Assembly (NCBI GenBank): GCA_004764695.1
Contig: SMSO01000031.1
Coordinates: 6,430,761-6,494,760 of the forward strand
Origin: Schizochytrium sp. TIO01
Lineage: Eukaryota; Protista; Bigyra: Labyrinthulomycetes
Direction of reading: 5' to 3'
Length of the DNA: 64,000 bases
The position numbers were made by a program, and so were the translations under genes. Of this stretch, positions 22,634 to 33,400 are shown piece after piece; position 1 is the stretch's first letter, and each line of letters begins with the position of its first letter. Under the pieces are notes generated by a model. It had not been told where the DNA came from and made no database searches. It saw nothing but the letters and a program-made list of their open reading frames with translations.

Positions 22634-24550
22634 TTACTCTACAAAGATACCGATTGGATCGAGATCCTCGAGCAGTGACGCAGTATGGACGTCCATAAAC
22701 GTGGCCGTTCCATCAGTGCCCGCAAGGCTGGTAATTGCATGTTTGCCTCCAGGGTGGTTTTCAGCATAAGCTGTGAGGTCGTATACCTTTCCGTCGATGG
22801 CAACCCAGCAATCCTCAGGCTTGTTGTGCTTCTTGAGGTCAGCAAGAGATATGCTCATTTGCTGGACTTCAGTGCCATCATGAGCATCAGAAGAGCCGAT
22901 CCGTCCTTGGCCGGACGCCACGCGTTTTGTTTGTGTACGGACCGGAACATGGGACCCTACGTGAAGACCAAAGACAGCACATTCCGTAAGACCGTTACCG
23001 CCAAGACGGTTGTTGCCGTGAATTCCGCCCACAACCTCGCCAACAGCGTATAGCTTACCACCAGCAACAGGAACGCCCGCATCGCTCAAACAGCGACCTT
23101 GAGCATCAATCCGCAAACCGCCCATCGAATAGTGGACAGCTGGGGTAATGTAACCAACATAAAAGGGAAAGTCCTTCGCAATAGGAGCGTCGGGACACAC
23201 TGTTCTGTTGTAAGGGTCAGGGAATGACTGCATGTCACTGCAAGATTGATCAAATGCCTCCAACGTCTTTTGAACAACCCCAACATCAGCTCCAAGCTCC
23301 TTTGCTAAACTTTCCACAGAATCAATCTCCCACATCAAACCCTTTCTTTTGTACATGGGGATATGCTTTGGAGCCTGAGCAGCAACTTGCGCACTCAACA
23401 CCATGAGATATTCCGGTTGGGAATCCTTGTCCTCATTGTGTGCAATCATCTTTTCCGAAACATACTTGCGAGTACCTAGTTCATTTACAAAACGGTGGCC
23501 ACGGTGGTCCAGCATCACAGCACCAACACTGCGCAAAAGTTCCGCAGCCAAAGTCTTTGAAGGACTTAGGCGATCTTTTGGGTCTACAAAAGCTGTGGGA
23601 TGGACCTGAACCTGTTCAATATCGACAATATCCGATCCGATAGCCGTTGCAAGCTTAATGCCGTCACCCGTTGCGAATTTTCCGTTTGTTGTTCCGAACT
23701 TTGCAAGGTCCGGTCGGTGCTGCAACAAGAAGGAGTTTTCTCCTCGATGGTACCCGTACCCGCCTGTTGCAATTACAACAGTATGAGCTTCAATGTCAAA
23801 GGTGTGTTGGGATGAAGTGTCGGTGCAGCGAAGCCCGCTAATAGCATGGTTTTCAACTAAAATCTCCTCGACCTTAGTTTTGCGATAGAATTTCAGCTTC
23901 CCAGAGTCCTCGTATTCTTTAACAGCACGGTTGACAGCAACAATAAGTTCGGAACCAGCAAGGCCGGTGGAAGGACGCCATGTACGCGGCCTAGAGTGGC
24001 CACCCAGCTGGCTAACTTCGCCGAGTGACATGCCTACACGAGACCGAAGCCACTCAAGAGCCTCCACACTGCCTTGAGTAAGCACATCAACAAGCGGATT
24101 TGTAGCATATGAGGGGCGTTCACTGCCCTTTACCATATCTTCTTTGAATTGCGCCACTGAATCGTTGAACCTCGACATGCTAGTGCCGTCAATACCATTG
24201 ATTCCACTTGAGGCCTTTGCCGAGTTGCCACCAGGACCTCCTTCTTTGTCAATAAGAATTACAGAACCACCACGATCAAGGATTGAAAGTGCTGTTGTAA
24301 GGCCAGAAAGGCCGGCACCAATGATGACTGCATCTGGGGTCTGAGATCCTTCCCTCAATCCCGCAACAGCTCCAAGACGACGGAGGGCATGCCGAAGAAA
24401 AGAAGCATGGTGTCCCTCCATAGCAAAATTCTTGGCTAAAAGAATCAGTTCCTCATCACCATCCAACAAAGCATCCACGAGAATATCCTCAGAGTCTTCG
24501 TCAAGTGTGCCACTGCCTGCCGCAGAAGATACAATCCCGAGAGCGGTATC
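22634..24550 (-). CDS. Soluble FAD fumarate reductase (Osm1/flavocytochrome c type) + C-terminal cytochrome b5; no ATG start before the linker, probably fused to upstream Ero1
   Basis: IIGAGLSG, GGNSAKASSGING, LGGHS, ATGGY, TTNG...GDG, QVHPT, AELLR, RFVNELGTR, HYSMGG, HGNNRLGG (substrate and catalytic His/Glu/Arg positions present); b5 domain DCWVAIDGKVYD...HPGG...DVH. The frame is open upstream and overlaps the Ero1 tail. Confidence 0.9.
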   Translation of the reverse strand, partial: DTALGIVSSAAGSGTLDEDSEDILVDALLDGDEELILLAKNFAMEGHHASFLRHALRRLGAVAGLREGSQTPDAVIIGAGLSGLTTALSILDRGGSVILIDKEGGPGGNSAKASSGINGIDGTSMSRFNDSVAQFKEDMVKGSERPSYATNPLVDVLTQGSVEALEWLRSRVGMSLGEVSQLGGHSRPRTWRPSTGLAGSELIVAVNRAVKEYEDSGKLKFYRKTKVEEILVENHAISGLRCTDTSSQHTFDIEAHTVVIATGGYGYHRGENSFLLQHRPDLAKFGTTNGKFATGDGIKLATAIGSDIVDIEQVQVHPTAFVDPKDRLSPSKTLAAELLRSVGAVMLDHRGHRFVNELGTRKYVSEKMIAHNEDKDSQPEYLMVLSAQVAAQAPKHIPMYKRKGLMWEIDSVESLAKELGADVGVVQKTLEAFDQSCSDMQSFPDPYNRTVCPDAPIAKDFPFYVGYITPAVHYSMGGLRIDAQGRCLSDAGVPVAGGKLYAVGEVVGGIHGNNRLGGNGLTECAVFGLHVGSHVPVRTQTKRVASGQGRIGSSDAHDGTEVQQMSISLADLKKHNKPEDCWVAIDGKVYDLTAYAENHPGGKHAITSLAGTDGTATFMDVHTASLLEDLDPIGIFVE

Positions 24551-26012
24551 CTTTGATACCCTGTAGTCCCTCCTTGGTAGCCAATGGCATGCCGTTCATC
24601 TTTGAGACAGCTGGAGCAGCAGATGCGAACGAATTAGCTTGCCCGGAGAACATTGCATTTTTCATGTTCTCATGAATATCTATCGCCTCTGAAAACTTTG
24701 CAATGGTGTTGAAGAGTGCGACAACTTCCTCACGGGACAAGTTTTCCTTAATCAAGTTTTCAGGCAACAAAAGCATCTTTAAAGCGGTACCCATACCAAG
24801 AAGCTGCAACTTGCCGTGTAATTTGCAACGCTGGCAGCGGATGCAGTTGAAAATACTGCTAATGTTGTGAAAGATATCCTTAAATCGGCGTTTTAGGTTC
24901 GCCAAAGTAGATACCTTCGGGCCATTCTCATCAACAAACAAGAGGCTCTCATCGAATGCTTCAAACACAGTCTGGCATGATTGAAGCACAAATGAATCTA
25001 AAAACAAAGACACCAGCTTATTAGTGCGTTGGTCCTCGCGGGTATCTCCAGTGGCAAACTTAAACTCGCGAAGTACAGGTGTCGCCCTGCGTACTGCTCG
25101 CAGCAAAACGACAAAAGCAAACTCAAGGTTCTTGAATCTCTCGGGATTACTCTCAAATTGGCGTCGGAAGCGTTCTAAATCGCGTTCCCAACGATCCCGT
25201 TTGCCGGGCACAGGCGGTTTGTAGTGTTCTGAAATATGCAAGTTAATACTTGAATGCAAACCAGAGAGCATCCGGTAAAGGAACCTCTCCTCGTAGCACA
25301 TATCTGCTTCCTCAATTTCAAAGCAGTTTTCTCCATAGATTTCATTCCACACTGCACTACCATTATAACCCGTGTACATCTCAGGGTTTAACTGAAGGTT
25401 AATGTACTCCATTGTTGAATCGTTGAAGGGAAGTTTTGCACAAAGATTTGTCCAGAATGAAGGAAGTGACTCATCCTCGCAGTCCTCTTCTGCTTGGGAC
25501 ACAACATCGCCTTCATGCTGTGAAAGAGTCTTGTCGATTCCGACACCAGCACCATTACTTGGACCGCCAAATCCGCCAAATCCACTAGCACCAGGAGAAC
25601 CTCCAAAAAATGGACTACCTCCTGTGCTATCATCGCTCCCCTTCAACGAACACAAAGGCTCTGGAGCACTACCATCTGGTTCTGGGTCTTCATCTGAGCC
25701 GCAACTTGGCGCTTCTGGTTCCTCACCTTCGGCGTCAAGCGGGCACTCACCATCAAGTTGTACCCTAAAAAGTCTAAAGTAGGTTGTGTTTGTAAGCTCC
25801 TCTAACAGCCGGAGCAAGTAGTCTGAGTTCGCGGTCTTGATTGCCTCTGAATTGCAAACAAGCTCATCATCAAAAAGAACTTTGGCCCGGAGTGGTGGCT
25901 TTCCATCGCGACGACTATCCGCATTGGCAGCACCAGGAAGATCCGATAAGGCCACCACGAGGCAACAGAAAGCTGCGAGCAGCCATTTCCAAGATACTGT
26001 CTTTGATGACAT
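24501..26012 (-). CDS. ERO1: ER oxidoreductin Ero1 (N-terminal part of a probable Ero1-fumarate reductase-cytochrome b5 fusion)
   Basis: Signal peptide (WLLAAFCCLVVALS); YFRLFRVQL...CP; LQLNPEMYTGY; VWNEIYGENCF; LYRMLSGLHSSI; active site NISSIFNCIRCQRCKLHGKLQ (CxxCxxC); GTALK. Confidence 0.92.
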   Translation of the reverse strand: MSSKTVSWKWLLAAFCCLVVALSDLPGAANADSRRDGKPPLRAKVLFDDELVCNSEAIKTANSDYLLRLLEELTNTTYFRLFRVQLDGECPLDAEGEEPEAPSCGSDEDPEPDGSAPEPLCSLKGSDDSTGGSPFFGGSPGASGFGGFGGPSNGAGVGIDKTLSQHEGDVVSQAEEDCEDESLPSFWTNLCAKLPFNDSTMEYINLQLNPEMYTGYNGSAVWNEIYGENCFEIEEADMCYEERFLYRMLSGLHSSINLHISEHYKPPVPGKRDRWERDLERFRRQFESNPERFKNLEFAFVVLLRAVRRATPVLREFKFATGDTREDQRTNKLVSLFLDSFVLQSCQTVFEAFDESLLFVDENGPKVSTLANLKRRFKDIFHNISSIFNCIRCQRCKLHGKLQLLGMGTALKMLLLPENLIKENLSREEVVALFNTIAKFSEAIDIHENMKNAMFSGQANSFASAAPAVSKMNGMPLATKEGLQGIKGYRSRDCIFCGRQWHT

Positions 26013-26529
26013 TTGGACTTTAGAAAAAGCTTCACGTCACAACGCGTTTCGCAAGTTGATGGCAGATAACCCAAGCTAGCGAGTCGCCTTGCTCACAGAG
26101 ACCAAGCAGTTCAAATTGGTGGTAACGTTTCAAGTTCTTCTTTCTTGCAGAGTCTTTGACTAGGAGAGTCAACAACAATCAGGCAGTCCAGGAACGGCAA
26201 CTTGTTGCACGACTCCAACCCTGAAGTTGAGCCGCACAAGCTTTTCCAGTCCGGGCTTCCCCAGTTGCCTCCTCGAGGCGTTTTGTTTCCTGTCAGAACT
26301 GGTCGTCGATTCGGGTCTGGTGGCTCCCTTCGCGGGATCGCCCCCTTCGGTTTGCTCGAAACGTATTGTATTTTATTCGATTTTAGTACAACCGAGCTTC
26401 CACGCTGGCATTTTTGTACACTGGGACGAACGAAACATAGTTAAAAGGGGGTCCACTACACTGTGGCAAGTTCTGACACTGTCCTTCTACCAATGCTTGG
26501 AGAGGACAGATTTGACGATACATTGCTGG

Positions 26530-26584
26530 CGAAGTCACGTCGAAGGCACGTCAAAGTCACGTCGAAGTCACGTCGAAGGCACAC
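26530..26584. promoter_or_regulatory. Five tandem 11-bp units (C[G/A]AAG[T/G]CACGT) carrying ACGT/bZIP-type cores upstream of ERO1
   Basis: cgaagtcacgt-cgaaggcacgt-caaagtcacgt-cgaagtcacgt-cgaaggcacac read directly. The regulatory role is inferred. Confidence 0.5.
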
Positions 26585-27938
26585 TGGAATTGCAAATGGT
26601 GCGTTTCGTTAGTATACATACATCAGCAGGATAATCAACTTATGCGCCTTGTATTGAATAAAAGGAATAATTTTCTTTGCAAGTTTACTGTTAGGCATAG
26701 TAGTAGATGATATTTAGGGGATGCAATGTTTAAAAGATGTGTAGGGACTAAATTTGGGATAACAGACAATCTGAATTGGGCATTACGCAACTCAGCACGC
26801 AATGGTGGAATGCGGCAGCCCATTCAGTGTTTTTGCGAATGCCTCGTATGAATCTCTCGGGGGAAACCTGGACGCCACGTGGAGGCTTGCAACGCAAGTA
26901 ATGGCTAGAAAGTATTGCTCTACTTGGCCAAGATGAATCACAAGATAGCAAATTATCTGAATTGCGACAGCATACAAAACGCAAAGACAATAGAAAAACA
27001 GCTCCCTTGCCCTTGTGATTAATGGTTTATATGAAACCATATGAAGAAAAGCTGGACACCACCTGGAAGCCTGCATACAAAACTTCAACTTCGTATTTTT
27101 AAAAAATATAGAATCGAATGGATGGTGTCCAAATTTCGTTCTAAAGATGTGGCAATGCATCGAAGTGCAAGCACGGCACTGAAAAAATCTTTTAGCAATC
27201 TAGAACAGAGTGAAAAAAAAAAAATAGACACCAATCGACTCTGGTTTACATCTCACATTGCTGAAGCTTCGTCATTATTCGAAAGTTTCTTCATGTAGTT
27301 TCTTGTTATTTTCAATTTTGGAATTCGCAAATAGAACTATATAGCTAAAATAATATAAGCAAGTTGAATAGAATTATTTTTCATTGAGTGTTGTAGAAGA
27401 GTACCTCTGAAAGAAAATTGAAATAGTAAAATATTGCATGGATGAAAAAGTTGGAAAACACTAACTGTATTTTAAAAAGGATTTTCTAAAGAATGTGTTA
27501 TGATTAAACTTGTATAGAGGTGCACCGAGGCCATTCAAGGCCAGATACATATTTACTCAAAGGCTTGCAGCGCGTCAATGGGTATTTCTTCTTTTGTTGA
27601 TAATGTGAAGACATTCCTTCCGTGCTTTGAAGTGCAATTCTCTACATTGTTCCCCTTCATTCCCATAATTTGATCCGGTACAATAAGTTAGTATTTTGTT
27701 TTTGCTTTTCCTGACTACCTAATAATACTAAACTATGTTACTCAGGCTATACTTATACTAGATAATAGAAGAATAATGCGCTGCTTAGTAAGTCAACATA
27801 TTGACTTTAATTGTGTATAACCTTGAACGAGAACATAGAACAACAATCATTTCTTGTCATAGTATTAATTCTTGAAGCTATCGTTAAATCAGCAGCTCCA
27901 CTAGAGACGCTACGCATTCATGGGTGCATGGGAGGCTC

Positions 27939-30361
27939 ATGCGCCAATCAGGAGAGTGCAAACGACTAATACGAAGGCGACGCGTGCCGAAAGATGGGCG
28001 TTTGCAACCTCTACAAAGTTCTCAGTCGATGACCGCAATATCTGATAAGAGAGAAGATCGATTCAAGGACGTTCAGATACCCGAGACGAGGCGTCGCTTT
28101 TTGCCAGGATCATCATGGTTGCCTCGTAAGTTAGCCTTCAAAGAGGATCCACCTTATTCATGTGATATTGATCTTCGAGTAGAGAGTAATAAGAAACAAT
28201 ATCGACCTGAACACCAGCATGCAGCAACTACGATTCAAGCATGGCTTCGTGGAGAGGATGCAAGAGAACTTGTATGGGGTGATGGCGGTATTTATGAGAA
28301 TGCAAAAGCGTTGCACATTGAGAGGCTATATCGTGGCATGTGTGGAAGACGCCGTGCAAAGAAAGCTCGACACGAACGAGATACGCGTGCAGCTACACGG
28401 ATTCAATCTATTTGGCGACGCTACATCGCTCGAAAACTTTTCCAGCGTTTATTATGGGAACATTTGAATTATTCTGCAACATCGATACAGCGTGTTGTGA
28501 GAGGCTACTGGGGGCGTATCTTAGCAAAACAGCTTCGAAAAGAACTTGAAGAGCGATCCGCCCAGAGACTCCAGCGAGCTGTACGTTGTCATATTGCTCG
28601 CCGGGAACTCTATAAACGCAGGAAGAAAGAGGAGGAAAGAAAGTCAAAACACCATGTCTGGCAGACGTGCCTTTCTCAAATCCCGTTTCAATTCCACATT
28701 AAAGTAGGTCGTATTTCAGATCGTGAACTTCAAGAAGACTGGAAGTTATATGCGGTAACGCTGCGCGACTGCCTTCTTCTCTTTGCGTACAAGGATGAGC
28801 TAGAGACGATGATATCGGTTCTTACAAAGCTGATTCGTGTTAATCCTCAATGCCGTATCGCATACGAGGCAAAAGCTATCGCACTCCTTGCTTGGGGTGG
28901 TCTTCCAAGGCATCGCCATCAGCATGCATACTATTTTGCTGAGCAGGTTATGGACTTGCTAGCTCACTCGGTAGAGCCCGCCTGTCGACCAGGAAATCCC
29001 AGGAGCTGAAGACGCAGCTTGGAATATCGACAGCATTTTTGAACTATTTTATATCGCTGCAAGAGAGCGTGTACACGCATACGGTGGTTTTAAAGCACAA
29101 ATGAATTTGGCCCTATCGCTAGCTTGCCTTAGTGAAGAACCAGCAAGAGCACTTAAATATTATGCAAAGGCCTACGCGAGTCTTCAATACAAATCGCGTT
29201 ATCGCGCAGAGCTGTTAGCCCATCACCAAGCATGGCTTCAAAAGCTTCAGACAGGTCATGAAGACTTTTGGGGGGCCACGCCCAAAGAAATTATATTTCC
29301 GAAGCGCCCGCCACTTGATGTTTATTCCATGTGGAGGCGAGGAGACGCCCTAGTGATTTATAGGCCAAATGTAACACCTCTCATTGCTCCCTTTCGACAG
29401 GTACTGGCAATAATGAATCGAGCGAGTACAGCAAGCTTAGGAAGTATGAGGAGTGCAGATTTTGAGGCTATGATGAAAACCGAAGAAACTGAGACTTTAG
29501 AGGAGGACTCGCCCGACTTGAAGGTTAACGCAAGCAATGAGGTGAGCACTTGGACTTGCTTGGCTTTCTTGAAGAAAGTGAAGGTTGTAAATGTTCGTAT
29601 GAAATCTCAACCACGGCTACTCGTTCCAATGCTGGAGCGCCAGAGGTTTCTTGAAATTCAGAACGCAGCAAAAGATCGTGCTGCGATTCAAATACAGCGC
29701 ATAGTTCGGGGCGCATTCGGCAGAGCACGATGGCGTCGGTATTTCGCGCGCCGCCAAACAATTACTGGCCAGGAAGAGAGTTTGGTTCTCAAGCGGCTAG
29801 TTTTGTTGCGAGAACGGGAAAGAAAACGAAGAGCAGCAACTCGTATTCAAGCCTTAGTTCGAGGTCGTCAGCTAAGGACTGAAATTGCCTTTAAAACACC
29901 TATGCGCAATTCAAATTCAACGAGTTATAAGAGGTCGTCTTGGGCGCCTTCGGTTCATTGAGTACGAACGAAGGCAGCGTATGGGAGTGCTTGTAAATGA
30001 GGAGTTCCGAGGAGCAATGTCGATTCCTGTCTACAGCCCTGGAAAAGCAGATTCCTGGGGGGGCACTCAAGTTTTGTTGCAAATTCTTCGAGCTGGTTTT
30101 AACTACCTTGTCACTGGAACAGATCTCTGCACAAGTGAGCGTTATAAAGCTACATTTACAGAGCAACATATTCAGCGACTTTTAGTGAAAGCAAATCAAG
30201 GCCAGTCTAAGCTTGAGCAAATACGCCCGACCCAGTATGATCGAGTTTGCAAGTTAATTCGGGTTTCTTTACGACTATGTCCCCCAATCAAAGCAGTTGG
30301 AGATTTGATCTATAAGGAAGCAACGCTAACGTTTGTACTCGCTGGGATAGGAGCGACGTGA
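27939..30361 (+). CDS. IQ calmodulin-binding motif protein (~806 aa), interrupted by two +1 frame breaks (~28977 and ~29893)
   Basis: Many IQ motifs (IQAWLRG, IQSIWRR, IQRVVRG, IQRIVRG, IQALVRG, IQRVIRG) spread over three ORFs that join with one-base removals. Confidence 0.75.
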
Positions 30362-30443
30362 ATATTTACAAAATGAATATAATATAATTATAGTTTTTAT
30401 CGCAATTCACTTTCCAAATCGAATATATAAGTTCCCTCGGATG

Positions 30444-33400
30444 TTAAATTTCATCCCCTCCATCTGCAAGATTCATAGCGGAAACAGTAATTGTGCTCGG
30501 GCTTTCAACATTCTCTCTCTCACCTTCGTACTTGATCCAGCGCATCCAGTAGGCCAATGCAAGCAAAGCTCTTAAGAGACAGCCTACATTAGGAGGGTTT
30601 GATTTCTTATCATCCTCAAAGTCAGCCACTGAAGCCTCAATCTTCTCCTCCCGCTCCTCGATTGCATGATGTGTAGCTCGGAGGATGATCTGCGACAGAA
30701 TTGTTGTAAGCATTGCACCCATAACCAATAGACCGCAACCGGGTTCCAAACTTGATGAAATGTACAAACAGGTGGCATTTTCTTCAGTTATTAGACCAGC
30801 AGGGAGTAAGACATCCTCAATCAATGGCATAATATGGGTACATACGGGCTTGAGCAAGACGTAAGAGATATGACCAAGTTCCATAACGCCAACAATAAGA
30901 CCGACGACGAAAACATCTACGCATGACCATGCTGAAAAAACCTCTGTCACAAGGTACATCCACTTTTGACGGTGCAACGTCATTGGTTTTAGCCAAATAT
31001 ACAAAAGTCCTCCGAGAGTAAAAAGAGGGAAAAAAGCTGCGGTAAGAAGATAAGCAAAAGCGAGAAATAGAACGCCAATGATAAAGCCGACATTGTCATT
31101 CGTAGACTCAAAAGCTTGACGAACAGCAAAAGCGAAGGTGTCCAGGACAGAATATGGTTTCCAGGATTGTACTTCGTCTATGTCCATAAACATTCCAATT
31201 AAACCCAGAATTTCAAATCCAAAAGAGGGAATGCATAGCCCGACCAATACCAGAATCGAAGTCACACAAAGAAGTAAAGTGATAACGCGTTTTCCAAATG
31301 TCGTAAAACGAACAACTCGACCATCCGCCAATTTAAAATGATGATCGCATAGACATACAAGATCACTGGCAGACTCGCCATGTTCTAGCCATGTCGAAAA
31401 GCGGCGCCGGGCAGGCCTACTTCTTCCTTCCTCATCGCCTCCCATCGGATTTTGAGTCTTAAATCTTGACGCTTCGTAATCTGCAACTGCAGCAGCAAGT
31501 TCAGGATCTTGAAGAGCTTGGCGATCCGCATCAATTGCATTTCGATGATAGTAGACCAGTGTATTGTTTGTAAATAACGATAGCATTGCAGCTGCAGTGA
31601 ATGACACCAGTCCAATAGCCGGGTCAACAAACACCCTTGCTGCATAAAACCCCTCGGGTAAGATGTTCAGGTTCGGGTTTTCGATTTCGAGACCAAAAGC
31701 CACCATGATTAGCAAAAGAACATAGACATCAATCATTGACCATTTTCCGACAGTATCAAAACCATCCAAGATTTTGCCACGCCTAGTGGCTGACATGAAG
31801 CGAGTTGGCGTGAGCCAACAGGTTCCCATTGTTAGCACCTTAATATAAGGGAACGCTCCACTAAGACTGGCGAGAAGGAGAGCCAAAGGAATAATTCCAG
31901 AGTCCCATAGCTGCTTAATACTCTTCCCAATAGAGAACCCCTCTACATTATCCATAAGTATGTCATCTCCAAGGATTGTAAAGAGGACATTGATGTTCGC
32001 TGCAGTGATGACATGACCGATCGCAAAAAGGAAAGTATTAAGGAAAAGCATACCAAGGACCCCAAAGCTTGCGTACCATGGCACAGCAGGATGAAACCCT
32101 AAGCACGACTTACGTTGGGCGAGCAATTTAGCATCAACGTTCCCGTTTCTCGATGTGTCTCTCCTCTCGAATTGCGATGTCAAAGGCGGGGCACTGACTT
32201 CCAAACGATCTTCAATTACAATATCAGGAGGCTCAGATGCACTCGAAGAAAAGCGAAAGTAACGCTTAAAGCTATCAGAAAAACTCCGTGATTTTCCAAC
32301 CTCCTGCGTGGCATCGCCATTAACATTCTCGTCCTCTGAAATCACTGATGCGGCGTGATCTCTTGAAAGCCTCTGCGTGCTCTTGTCCTCGTTCTTCTTA
32401 CAGCATACTTGGCAGCAACAAGAAACGCTCATACAAACGTTGCAACAACCTCGCGTTCCGAACTTTAAGCAACAACCCAAAGTCATACCAAGGATCATTG
32501 TTGCGCCCATTCCTCCAATGATGCCGAAAATACTCAGCCTCGAGTTCGTCTCGGCTTCATATTCTGAGCTAGTAGTTTCTGACTTTGTCAAACCAGTGGC
32601 CTCACATTCCTCCCTAGCTTCTTCTATGGTAAGAGCGAGCTGCTCATGATCCATTTTCTCCCGAATTTTTCGCAAAATTGTGCTTATCCATTCATTGATC
32701 GTAGCTGTAAGCTCCTCTTGATATGCCTCATTCTTTACCTTCTCTTCCATTTCTAACATTCCAGGAGAGGTACAATTTATGCAACGAAGACCAACATGAA
32801 TCGCTTCAAATCCAGCCTCTAGAACTTGCAATTCGGCGTCATCTAAGCGAGACATCACACACGAAATATCAAGAATCTCTTCAATTGTAAGAAGGTCAAA
32901 GTCTGTGCGATTGAATTTCGCCAGAATATCTAACGTTGCATAGAACCCCTGAAATTCTGCCCAAAATTCAAACTTATTAACAAAATTTGTTGCATCCCCG
33001 GCAAAGTTCATTTCCAAAACCAAAGAAAAAATAACTGGTGGAAGTGTATCATTGCTGCTCGAACCCAGCATACGACGCCCTTCATCGTTACTCAATGCAC
33101 CGCCGAGTTTGAAGGAGTTATGAAGAACATAAGGCTCTGGAGATTCCATAAACTCAATGTCATACATTGAATCAAGACCGTTTAAGCTGACTTCTGCAGC
33201 ACTGATGCTGAAGGTCCCTACTGGAATGGTCAATTCTGTCATAGATGCATCCTCTTGAAGAATATATTTGCCATCTACACCACTTTGAGATCTACATGCA
33301 GGGGCAATATAGCCATCATTGATATCTGGAATAACATCCTCATCGACCATATCAACCAGATCACGAAAGTAAGAATCGCTGTTAAAGTCAAAAAACGGAT

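Noticed and set aside
26530-26584. Short tandem repeats as a CRISPR array
   Set aside because: The units are 11 bp and contiguous with no spacers; the context is eukaryotic and has no cas genes.
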